A stretch of DNA of 64,000 nucleotides from Sphagnum compactum (lineage: Eukaryota): contig OZ234493.1 in NCBI GenBank assembly GCA_965153455.1, positions 10,158,213-10,222,212 of the forward strand, given 5' to 3'. A model generated the notes under the pieces. It worked only from the letters and a program-made list of their open reading frames with translations, made no database searches and was not told the origin of the DNA. The position numbers were made by a program, and so were the translations under genes. Positions 14,101 to 26,263 of this stretch are shown one piece after another. Position 1 is the first letter of the stretch; each line of letters starts with the position of its first letter.

Positions 14101-14364
14101 TGCCTAAAATCAAATGGAGAAATTGCTATTGGAATCAATCCCCTTTAGATATCAATGCAAGAATTTAACCTTTTAATCAAATCCATCCCATGACACCAAA
14201 ATATATCAATCCAAAAAATTATGGCTATCCTTAACTCTAATAAATCCATATGCATTATCTTGCCCAATATTCTAATATGATGAAAAAATTACAAATGCAC
14301 ATAGACTATAAAAACAATAGGCTCTCAATTCTTTCATTTATGTTATTACACATGACATGAATAG

Positions 14365-14397
<33 letters not shown>
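14365..14397. repeat. (CA)n microsatellite
   Basis: Directly visible CA run. Confidence 0.95.
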
Positions 14398-14404
<7 letters not shown>

Positions 14405-16483
14405 TACAAAAGGGCACTTTTCAACTGTTGTTTACAATGATAATTATTGAATGTTACATCCAACATTCCCACTAAGGTGGGGTTAAGATCATCTTCATTA
14501 TTTAGGCTTGACATAAAATCTTTTTACCATATATTTTTTAAATATTTCTTTCAAGTGTTGTTCTTTAAGATGGCTTGAACTTTGGTGCCACCTATCAAGG
14601 TCAATTTGATATTTGGGTTTTAAATTGCGATGGGAATTATCTGTTGCAACCATTGTTCCTTTTATATTGTCATTGTATGAAGATTAATTAAATCTAATTA
14701 ATAAAAATTGTGTTTTTTTTACTTGTACAAATCACTTTGCCAATTATTTTTTCTTTCATGATGCATTTATCAATAGTAAATTCTACATTGTACGTAACAT
14801 TTTTTGTTTCCCCAATATATATATTAAATTAGTTTTCAACCCCAAAACATGTCATACTTCTTGTATATAAAAGAGTTGACCACATAATTTTACTTTCACT
14901 AAGCTTTTCCCAATTACTAGTTGGTGTGTTTTATCTCAAGAATATTATTTCTTAAGTTTCTTGTTGAATATATTCACTAAACTAACTTTTGTGTGAAATC
15001 ATATAAGTAGCTTTAGAATCTAAATAACACATCTCTTGTGGTGTGTGCATTTCTTGACAATGTAACAATAAGAATTATTTCTTCTTCAATTGCTATGTTA
15101 GCCTTATTTCCTTTATTTGGACATTCTTTTGCTTTATGTCCTTCTTGAAAATTATAACATTTGTCTTTTTTTTTACTTTCTTTGTCCCTTGGTTTTTTAA
15201 TTGTTTAAATTTTCCTTTTTTTTTAATCCATTCATGTTTTATTCTGAATTGTTGATTTCTTACTAGCATAAAATTAAGCTACAAAAGATTGTCCTTCATT
15301 GGAAGTGACATCTCTTTTCCTCCTCATTTCCCCTTACATTAATCAAATAATTGCATCTTGCATGATCATTCCTACATAGGTATTCAATACGATGGTTATA
15401 ACATGATATGAGTCATGCAAACCAAACAAAACGATTTGAAATTGATTATCCACAAGAATTATCACCCTAACCACATTTAGTTCATTTAAAATTATTCTAA
15501 ATGCATGAATATGTTCATTCATATTCACACAGACACATATATGTATATATTTTAGATAAGGATATTTCAACTATTGCCTACGACAATAACTACTAAATGT
15601 TCATCCAAACCTAACTTACATCAAACATATATACTAAAAAGCTTATAGTTGAGCACATGCACCCTCTAGATGGTATGAAACATATTAATCTTCCATGTGG
15701 TAATTAGAAATGCACATACTTTGTTTCACAAGTAAATAAGCAAGCTAGGCCTTGTAGCATCAACCATCATGGGATGAATGGCCCAAACCATCAACAATTC
15801 TCCCACAATCTACATTACTAAGAAAAGACATTACTAAACATAAGATGAAACATAGGTCCTTGGCAATTCTCAAACCATCATTTTCATATCATTTCCAAGT
15901 GTTTATAATGTATGTAATTTCAAACTTGGTGTGTCAAGGTCCTCATCACTTAATGTGTCATTTCCCATGCTTAATGTGATGATAAAAACACAAATTCTAT
16001 ATATATTTTGGCATTTGTGCATTTGCTTGTATTATTATATCTTAACTTGGACCATCAACACAACATGCACTCCAAAATATATTAAACAATCCAAATTAGA
16101 TCTTTCAAGTCTAGCATGGATTTTATTATCTAATTACTACAATTAAATTTGAACATTTATTAGCATATGCAAGGAATATACATGTGCATAACAATTGCAT
16201 GAGTTACCTTCAACTCCTCAAAGTGTCCCTTTGTAAGTTGTAAATCTAGCTTCTTTGTTTACCCATTTATGTCCATATACTTCTCTTGGTCCCTTCATTT
16301 ATGTGACATTCAGTATTGCATATAAGGAGAATGAATATTGGGGTAGCAGGCTACATATAAATTGGAGTTGAAGGCTTTGAGTCATGTTTCAACTTTGGTT
16401 TGGTTGAGGATCTCTTTCTGACATAATAAACAAAATTAAATGTAAAAACAAATGTTGCTTGTGTTTACATCATGCTCATATTA

Positions 16484-16799
16484 GGCCCTCTTTACACTAG
16501 GAGTCAGGGCCAAAAAAACTTGGGGTCAACTTTAAGCATTTCTGGGTTGCAAATTGGCCCCAGAGGTTGCAAATTAGCCTCCCAAATTTGATGGTATCCT
16601 TTTTTGAGCCTTGGGGCGAATACAAGGCCATAAAGTGCAGCATTTATTCGTAACTTGGGGCAGATTGAAAAGTTTTTATTTTCTCTTTCAGCCTTGACTC
16701 CTAGTGTAAAGCCCGTGGGGCTGATTTCAACTTTTGCACCAATAGGAATGCTGGATTTGGGTTGAACATTGGCCCTGACTCCTAGTGTAAAGCGGGGCC
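16484..16799. mobile_element. PIF/Harbinger (Tourist-like) MITE, family A copy 2
   Basis: Same TIR as 424-805. TTA TSD at 16481-16483 and 16800-16802. About 66 bp shorter than copy 1. Confidence 0.9.
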
Positions 16800-16894
16800 T
16801 TATTGAACTATCTAGATGCGCACATTGTTGGCGTGGATTCTAGAACTGCAGTTCTAATTTGATGCACAACAGTTGACACTTGAGGAGACTTGTG

Positions 16895-17165
16895 TCGTGT
16901 TGTGTGGATATCTCATTTTGTAAATAACCGCCAGTTCCAGTTTTTGAATATATCAGAATTCGACGATTGTTTATTCCAGTTATCTCAAAATCCTCAAACA
17001 ACCAACAATTTTATAAACGGTTAATCCTCAACATTTTTTGAGAACCATGATTATGTAATAAAATCATTTCCTTGCTTGTTTTAACATCGCAATTGTGAAC
17101 CTAAAGAACCACACGGATAACCGCCAGGGATCGGTCCATGTTTTTTTGATAACCACCCAACATTG
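16895..17165. mobile_element. Degenerate hAT-like MITE
   Basis: Right end GATAACCACCCAACATTG is followed by GTTGAGAC. Left end TCGTGTTGTGTGGATATC is a degenerate inverted copy. Left TSD not recovered. Confidence 0.45.
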
Positions 17166-18419
17166 GTTGAGACTGACAATGAGAATGTGAGAGCAACAAG
17201 TGAACAAAGTGGATCCTTGAGACCACATCCAAACCCAGAGAAGCTTGGAGCCTGTACATTTTCTTCTCAAGTGTTGTAGGTAGCAAAGTTTTTAATGCAA
17301 AAACAACCTCAAGATTGACAAAAACATTACTAAAACATAAGTTTCACTAGAGTTGTGAATTTCATATTAGGTGTGATTGCCTGCCTAGAAGCAAAGTCCA
17401 AAGAGATAATCATTGTAAGGTTTGCATCTCCCAAAGCAGCCATGATAGTTGCAGCGACCAAAGCGATCACAGCACATTCACTGACTTCAATGGCTAGAGT
17501 GAACCAGCACCCACCAGCTCACTATTTCACTGTTTTCCGGTCCCATAGCCAACCACAGCGTTCAACTACATACTATCTACCAACCATGGACATTTACCAA
17601 CTTACATGATAGCTACGTTGTGTTGGGTGGAAGTAGGAGGGTTTACAAGATAGAACCACAACTGAGTCATGAAGGCTAGAGGTTTCCAGTCAATGGGCAC
17701 TTGGGTAGAATTCAATGGTAATTCCATCAACAACTTGTTGGCAATGAAGACTTATGATTCTCAGCTATGAAAAAACAGTGAAGTTCAGGGGTGGTTTTCG
17801 CCTATGCTTTGATTTAGGACCACTAGAAGACCAAAAGAACCATTCCTGCTGAGGAATATTTGCAACCTTTTGAAACCAGGAAAAACATTACAGTGATTGT
17901 TCACATTGTTGTCTGCAATTTACCTCTCAAATTTACCCAGTGGCAAGCTCAAATTTGAACCAGTGTTGTGAGGTCTCTGGTTTTAAAGAGACCCTTTGGT
18001 ATGATGCAACCTCTGGTTCTAGATCAAAGTAACTATTTTAATGGAACCTCTAGTGCAGTTCTGAGCCAGGGGTTCTTTCAATCCTAAACCTTCGGTTCTG
18101 GTACTTCTGTAAACCCAATCTGGTTCAGAAACCTAGTCTAGTTCCAATCACACAACAAATTTTGGAAGTTGGAAATTGTGTAGTACATTTGTCCTATGAC
18201 CAATACCAATAAAAAAATGCCCACTTCATTTGAAAAGTATAACCTGTCACAGTACTTTCTTCCCTAGAGGTACTACTAACATGCCTAGAAAAACCAAAAT
18301 CTCTTTGTAAAAAAGGACAATAACAATGTTCTGATTACAAGAGGAAGCAGATTGCATGGTCTAGTTCTGAGTCAGATTCTAGTACATAGTAGGTTTGTAA
18401 CATGATTCTGGTTGCAAAA

Positions 18420-19050
18420 CACCCAAAGGGTCAGATTGGAATCTCAAGTAAAATCATAGGCCTAGGTTTTTAGGGTTCCTATGGAAAGGAGTTAAGTGCA
18501 GCTCAAAATGCCCATACCACAAGCCAAAATGCCCATACCACAAGCTAAGAAACCCCATGCCATCTGCCAAACTATTTTAGAATATTATAACCTTAGGTCA
18601 AAATGCTTGATTTTTGATATTGTCTTGAGATGGAATTTTTTGGCCTAGGTCTGAAAATCGAACCAAAAGAAGTATTTTTCACAATCTTAAATTTTTTCAT
18701 ATTTATATTCTAAATATTTATGTGTTTGGTTAATGCTTATCATGTGCTGGAACAGAGCATATTTTGTTTCAAGATCAAAACATTTGTCTTGTTATGTAAG
18801 TTATGTATGGTGCAATTGTTTTAAGAACTATGGAATATTAGTTTCCAAGTCTTAAGACTAAAAGCTTGGACCATACCATAAAGCATAAGGCTTGAGCATT
18901 TTGCCCTAAGGTTATAATATTCTTAAGCACTTTGGCTTATGATATGAGCATTTTGGCTTGTGGTTTGAACATTTTGGCCTGCACTTGACATCTTTGATAG
19001 CATATATGGCCTATGATTTTGCTTGGATTTTAGTCTAATCCTTTTTGTAT
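18420..19050. mobile_element. Foldback/MITE-like element with ~190-bp degenerate inverted arms
   Basis: AGAATATTATAACCTTAGGTCAAAATGCT (~18579) pairs with AGCATTTTGCCCTAAGGTTATAATATTCT (~18895). AAAATGCCCATACCACAAGCC subrepeats are mirrored on the right. AAAATCATAGGCC pairs with GGCCTATGATTTT. Confidence 0.65.
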
Positions 19051-22000
19051 TCAGACCACAAGCCAAAATACTTAGACCATAAGCCACTAGCCCAAGCCCA
19101 TTAGCCCAAATTGTTTTAGGATCGCAATGTGATGTCCTCATGTTTTTTCACTAATTTATGTTTGACATTATCACAAATTATATAATTGTAATTCATGTAG
19201 TTCTACCGTAAGCCAAAATGAATATCCCAAGCTCACGTTCCAATTTCAAGATGAGATTGAACTTGTGATCATATTACTTACACCCACTCAAATCTCCAAC
19301 CATCTAGCACCCAATTGGATTTAAACCATGTTTTTACCATGGTCCACTTTTACCACCAATGTAGTCATTGGAATTCATCTCATTTCGAACTTGACCTAAG
19401 CATTGAATGAAGTTCATGGGAACAAGCTCTCAACAAAGGAACATGAAATGTTTTCTTACCAAAGACCTTCAATCTTCCACAAAGCCTTGATTTTTATCCA
19501 TTTTATTTTCCGTTTTTCATTCATTCTATTTTATTTCGATTGTAGACATGTGCACAAGGACATGCTCACATGTGACACTTGCATTGTGATGGGTTGAACA
19601 AAAAAATTAATGTTGTGCCAATGTTGTGTGTGTATATGATTTTTCATACATTAATCAAATAAATGTAAGTGGAAACCATGTATTTCATCCTATGTAAAAT
19701 AAGTTAAATATAATTGTAATACATAAAAACATAGATACACTTATATAAGTTTACACATCATGTAAAACCATATAAAATAATGTAAACAATAAATAGAAAA
19801 TTGTGTGCCCTTGTATTGTGACCTAACCCCTTTCCGTTGTATGTTTGTTTCTCATTCCTTTTAGTTGATTCATCTTTCATTTTTTTGGTCATTTTCCAAC
19901 TTCAATAGAGGTATTCCATCACTTTTTAATTATGTGGGACAACTAAAAGAAAACAAATAAAACAACACATTTGTTGCACATTGTTAGTGCTAAAGGCCTC
20001 ACCATCCTTCACAACAAAAAAAATCCCAAGGTGAAGACTTACAATTATAAGTTAACCAAAACTTGGCTTGTTTATACAAAGTCAATAAAACTTCTACCAA
20101 TCGAGAGTCTTGAATGGAAAAGTTTGCAATGTTTATACTAACACTTGTGGATGAAAAGGTTTAAGTGCCACTCCATGCTAAATCATTTGGAAACAAGGAG
20201 TCATGAAAAAGTTCTTCATTTGGGAAATTGAAGTTTGTTATCTTCATTTAGCAATGGACTTACATCCTTGAAGTTCAAATACCTTTGCACACTTGGGTGA
20301 TTGCAAGTTTGAAATGCATATTACAATAAGAAAAAAAATCAATCCAACAAAATGATTGGAATATTTTTTGAAAATAAAGTTCAAATCCAATCATTCAAAA
20401 ATATATAACTATTTGCCGGTTAAGATTCTTCTTGTAATTTTTTGGAATACATGTTTATTCTTTTAATCATGTATCATATATTGAGTACCTGTAATGTATC
20501 TTGAATTGAAACATGATAATAAAAAATGCATTTATATAGAAATGTATACACAAACGACAATCCATAAATTCAGTTTAATTGTTATGAATATTTTTTTATT
20601 CAAGTTGACAATCTTAATCCAATAAAAAATGAACTTTTGAAATCGTTGATGTAACCTCATTCAACATTTGAATAGAGTACACTATCAAAAAAATCCATTG
20701 CAACACAAAAAATGATCCACTATGATTTAGAACTACCCACTTGCCAAAATCCTACACATAAAACCAAAACATGAATCATGAAATTTTCCTTTCACATCCA
20801 TTGTTGTAAAAAACCCATTTATAAACCAAAATCAAATTTTTTTACATTCTATGGAAAGATAACACACAAAGTAGAAATGGAATAAGCATTTGCAAAAGGT
20901 ATTATTGGATTGTGATCATACTCCCACAAAACATTAAAGTTTATATCCAAATGGGCGTATTGCACTTCTTGTTGCCATGGAAGATTATGGTTTGTAAAAA
21001 AAATGAATATTGCACTTTTCACTGTCCTTGGAAATTATAATTTTTTTGAAACAAGGGTATTACACTTCCCACTTATTATTAACAACCATGGTTTTTTAAA
21101 CAACAATGCAAGACCACAATGAATGTGTGCATAAGATGACAAGGGGTGGAACTCACTTTGAAAAGGTTGTTGATAAAGTTTGTTATAATGTTCTAGGAAT
21201 TACAACATGACCATGACACCATCACCTACACCTACAAAAAATGTAAATGAAGAGCAACATTGGGTACATAGCTTGCCAAAAAATCTAAATGTTGTTATGC
21301 AAGACCGCAATGAATGTTAAGTATGCAAGTGTGTTCCTTGCACAATTCCTTCACTTCATTTTACTTGTGCAAATTAAAAAGATTTGCAAAACACAAAGTA
21401 CTTTTGGGAAGCATTTGACAAAACTTGCCCTAGTTTCATTCCAATTTCAATCTTTGTGCATGAAAGGAGCATTGAAAATTCCTTTATATAAATGTACAAA
21501 AAGAACATGAACAAAAACATTACATTAATGTCAAATGGGTAATTGAATGATGCCAATTTCATTTCAAATGCACAATTCATGTGAACATAAATGTGCATGC
21601 ATTATGGATTTTGTTTATAATAGTTGTTATGTTTACATTGATGGGTAGAATGAATAAGAATTATTGTCATAACTAAAAGGAGGGTTTCAAAAGATATTGA
21701 AATTCAAAGAACTTGTGATAAAAACCCAAGATCTAAGGTTGCAAAGAAATCCAACAAACAATGTCTTTTCCAAACTACCTATGCACAATAGCTTAGGGTT
21801 TTTCAAGGAAGGGTATTCCACATCAATGGAATATGGGAGGTGGGATGGATTTGCAATTGATTTACTTTAGTTTTGAACCTTATCTACAAGTCTTGAAAGG
21901 TTGGAATGATATTCACACATCGATTCAAATTAAACACAATCAAAATGTTTGAGCAAACAACTAGTAACATAATTGTCAGGATTATTTGGGAATTTTCTAA

Positions 22001-22054
22001 ATAATTAGTATTTTGCTAAATAAAACATAGACAAAATGGATAAATAATGTGAAG

Positions 22055-22262
22055 ATGTTCAAGATATTTCAACTTTGGGATAATATTTGAAGTTGGGATG
22101 CCAAAGACTCATCTTTCTCAAGTTGAATGTCTTGCACCATCTTTTGTTTTTTCATGTTTTGTTTGACAATTTTATGAAGTTTCATTATTTCTAAGTTTAT
22201 AGTTTTTTTTTGCAAGTTTGGTGTGAGGTGTGGATTCTCCCAAGTGGAGTGCATTAGAATTT
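22055..22262. repeat. Diverged ~210-bp direct repeat, copy 1 (copy 2 at ~25203-25420)
   Basis: Shared blocks GATATTTCAA.TTTGGGATAATAT, TCATCTTTCTCAA.TTGAAT.TCTTGCACCATCT and CCCAAGTGGAGTG. Confidence 0.8.
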
Positions 22263-22448
22263 TACTTGAAAAAGATCCACTCAAGTTTCAAGGCTTGAAT
22301 TTTTGTTTAAACAGCAAGTGAAAGTTTGTGTTTACATCTTGGAAACAAAGTTTAGTATGTTTGTATTGTGTTTATTTAGGGGGGGGTGGGACTAGGGAAT
22401 TAAAGTTGGGCATTTTCCTGGTCATGCTAAATTTTTTTTGTCTTTTTA

Positions 22449-22480
<32 letters not shown>

Positions 22481-23592
22481 TAATTTTCTTTATTTTGTTC
22501 ATTTTTCATCCATGTAAAGGGATGTTCATCCAAAATTTTCATCCTATATATAGTAGCCAAACAAAGGTTAATGACCATACAAAGGATTAATTAGTGAACA
22601 TTTGATGGTGAATAGACATTAAACACGTTAAACCCTAAAATCAAAGAAATCCTTGGTTGCTTGACAATAATAAAAAACTTCATTTTAATTCGGAAAATTC
22701 ATTTTCCAAATATGAATTAACTCAAAATTCTTTGAATATTCATACCAAGGCCACACAATGTCTAATTTTGGTGATTTTTATGCCATTGAATTCCTAAACT
22801 AAAATACCACAAGTATCGGAGATTTTGGCCCATTTGGAAACAACATTTTTGAAGCCCATTTTCATATGGTGTTCAAGGTGATGTGCATGAGATCAATTCT
22901 CACCAATTTTTTGGAAAAATTCTTGTTTGTGCTAATAAATAACCATACATGTAACCCATAGGTGATGGAGTGTCTCATGATCAACAACTATGAAATGTCG
23001 TGCCATTGACTTTTGATTATTTGCTTAAGTTTTTGTTATAATGTCTTAATGACAATTACAAAAGTGGAAATTTATGATGCATGGAAACATTCATTCATGC
23101 TTTGTATTGTAATTGGGGAGGGCCTATTTCCCACCTTGCTTGTTGACACATTTTCAAAGGTATAAGTGTGGGGAATGTGGGGCTTCATTAGGCCTTTTAA
23201 TTCCACAACAAGTGTGCAAGGCCCAAGTTTTAGATCCCATGTGTATACCTTGTAATCCCATAACAAGTGTGCATACCCAAGTGATACCACAATTGGGTTA
23301 ACCAAACAAGCCCAATATGTGTATTTTTTTCATTAAACCACAAATCCTAAAAGTGCAAAAACAAGGTTGGAAATTTGTGGAAAGGGTTAGGTTATAATCA
23401 ATTTGGCATTGTGACAAACATTCTTGGATTTGAACACCAAGGCATTTCATTAATTGTTGTGATGGTGAGATTGAAATGTTTTTGGTGGTTAAACCCACAT
23501 GTTTAACATCCTTTAGAATTAAAATTTGGATAATAAGATTTAAAATTGGTTTGAGGTGCCCAAGGTTACCTATTTAATAGGCATCACAGAGG

Positions 23593-24767
23593 TGGGTTGT
23601 AACACATTTTAATTGTTATTTGTATGATAACCCTTTCATCTTAACCACTAATCATCAACCAATAAAATGATTAATAGAATCAAATAAGTTATAAGGAACT
23701 TGTGCAATTGGTGTTCATTTTACAAGAATATGATTTCCAAGTGGTGCATCGTGCTAGTCTTGTTACTCAAGCTGCATATGGGTTGAATCAAAACCCATGC
23801 ACTAGCCAACACGATGGTATAAGAGTTAGGTGGCATGGTGAAACTAATGAGAAATGGTGTTAGGATGGCATGCCTTTGCATTCTTTTGTATTTTAACTAT
23901 GGTAACTCATGTCATTATTTCACTAATAATGGACATATTAAAGGACCTTGAATCTAATGAGGTCCCATATGGCCAAAAGACATGCATGACAACATTGTAA
24001 AGTTGGAATATCTCTACATTGGGGACATGTTTGTTGGGGTGATTACTAAAAAGAGAGATTGATTAGTACAATGAGCCAAAAGGTTCCATCTATTCCAAAT
24101 ATGGGTTGATGGAAAAGTGAATATTATGTTTCACCCTACACAATAGGCATGTTTATTGCGACAATGCCCTTGAGGAGCCTAGGCAATTTGCTTGCATCAA
24201 TACATCGAAAGGTTGTTGTGGTTTTGAACATGGATAATCCAAATGTTCATATGTGTGCATTTGGTGAAAAAGCAAAGTTGTTCAAAAAGGTCGTGTTAAT
24301 GACTTTTGAGAACCTTGATATTATTCAACATAGAAACACATTGAAATATGTTACTATTCATGGAGGAAGGTATTGGTCCGAAGTTCGACAATATAATTGA
24401 AGCAATGAAATGTTTACTTGCAAAAAAAAACATCCATGATGTTGGATGTTACAACAAGACATGTTATTTCAAGAATTAAAAAAACATTGCTTTCAAGAAT
24501 TTTGTTTTTGGAAGGATGAAATGGCATGGTTTGAAAGGATTGTGTGTGCAACTATGTGCCTTGTCATCTTCCATACATTGATGGAATAATAGATGCAAGC
24601 CTTGTAATGGTTATTGGAGGATTAAAATGCATGTGTTTCCAAAAAACATTACCACAATGTCAGTATGTGGTTAGTGCTCCAAGTATTGGCACATGGGATG
24701 TTAAATGCCATTGTTAGACAAACTTACCAACATGGATTGATTGTGCCCTCAATGTCTACACAAATAA
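23593..24767 (+). pseudogene. Decayed Ty3/Gypsy pol: RNase H end, integrase Zn-finger start, integrase C-terminal tail and PHD finger; integrase core apparently deleted
   Basis: Translations WVVTHFNCYLY..PFILTTNHQPIK*L and FILQEYDFQVVHRASLVTQAAYGLNQNP (RNase H). Then FENLDIIQHRNTLKYVTIHGG, LEG*NGMV*KDCVCNYVPCHLPYIDG and TMSVCG*CSKYWHMGC*MPLLDK...LCPQC (PHD). Many stops and frameshifts. Confidence 0.8.
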
Positions 24768-25202
24768 GGTTAGCTACTTGTAGTTGAATTTAAGCAACAA
24801 AAGTTTTGTTAGGAAACTTTGAATGTAATTATACTTGACCAAAGAATTACATGGATCACAACTAGGTGATTAACAATGTCATCACATTTTCACCATGCTT
24901 ATTGGATTCACTATCCCAAAACCAAAGTGTCTTGTTGTAGTGATCCCATAATGTAAAATTCCTAAATCTACACAAAATGTGTTATTTGAGTTAAAGGGAG
25001 ATTATTCCCATATAAGGGGGTGATAGTGTGTGTGTGTATTTTTATAATCACGCTATGATGTATTTATCGTTTGTGATAGCAATAGTTGTAAGTGCTTCAA
25101 TGTGATAATGCACAATAGCTATTAGGATTACTTGGGGTTAATTTTAATGTTTAATATTTTAAAAAATATTAAATAAACAAAGTAATTAAATGTTGGGAAT
25201 AG

Positions 25203-25420
25203 GTTTGAGATATTTCAAATTTGGGATAATATCTACAGTTGTGGTTTAAAATATTCATCTTTCTCAAATTGAATCTCTTGCACCATCTCTTGTTTTTCCA
25301 TGTTTTGTTTTGCAATTTTATGAAGTTTTTTTTGTTTCCAAGTCTTTCAAGTTTATAGTTTATTTTTACAAGCTTGATGGGAGGCATGTATTTTTCCCAA
25401 GTGGAGTGTGTTAGATTTTG
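25203..25420. repeat. Diverged ~210-bp direct repeat, copy 2
   Basis: Homologous to 22055-22262. Flanked by a second diverged ~90-bp direct repeat (25021-25115 and 25420-25512). Confidence 0.75.
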
Positions 25421-26236
25421 ATGGTGTGTGTGTGTGCTTTCTACAATAATGCTATGATGTGTTTATGGTTTGTGGCAATGATAGATGTAAGTGCTTCGAT
25501 GTGGTAGCACATGACATAATATTTTTAAAATTTCAAGTTTCAAAGTGATGAGATATGTTATCATTTCCCGTTGGCCAAGTAGGATCAATGATTACAAATA
25601 ACCAATTCCATAAAGTTGAATCCAACACTCTCAAATGCACTAATGATGATGAATGTGTTTTCCACATGCACCCATGATATAAGGTGACCTGCAAGTAAAT
25701 CTTCCAAGTGCTTTACAAGTAGATGGAGTTGGGGGGTCCTTTTAGTTCAACCCACTTTAACCTATGCCATTGTTGGGAAATAAAAATTTAAAAATTCTGA
25801 TAGATGATTATGTTGCACATGCATGTAATTAATTTATAATTTGGTTATGGTTGTCATGTGTTATGATGTTGTTGTCCGCAACCATCAACTAAACAACAAC
25901 AAACTCTCATATATGATGTAACACATAGATCACCAAAATAATTAAAGACACAACATAATAGAATTATCCCTGAACATCAAACGTTTGAAACCTCATTCCC
26001 ATTGAACTGGTTTTAAATTAACCCAAAACATAATAACTTTTTTATACTAACCCAATGAAACTGAAACTTAACCAGGCAAGCAAACTAAAACTCCTGACAT
26101 GATGGTGTTTACATGTGCCTGTGTGAACACTTTGAGTCCTTTTTTTTAGCATTTGAATGGTGTACAAGTGAAGTATGTGCCAATTTCATTGTTTCAAGTT
26201 TCTGCCATTTAGTGGTGTAAGTGAAATGTCAGAAGG

Positions 26237-26263
26237 GAAGGAAGGAAGGAAGGAAGGAAGGAA
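26237..26263. repeat. (GGAA)n microsatellite
   Basis: Directly visible. Confidence 0.9.
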
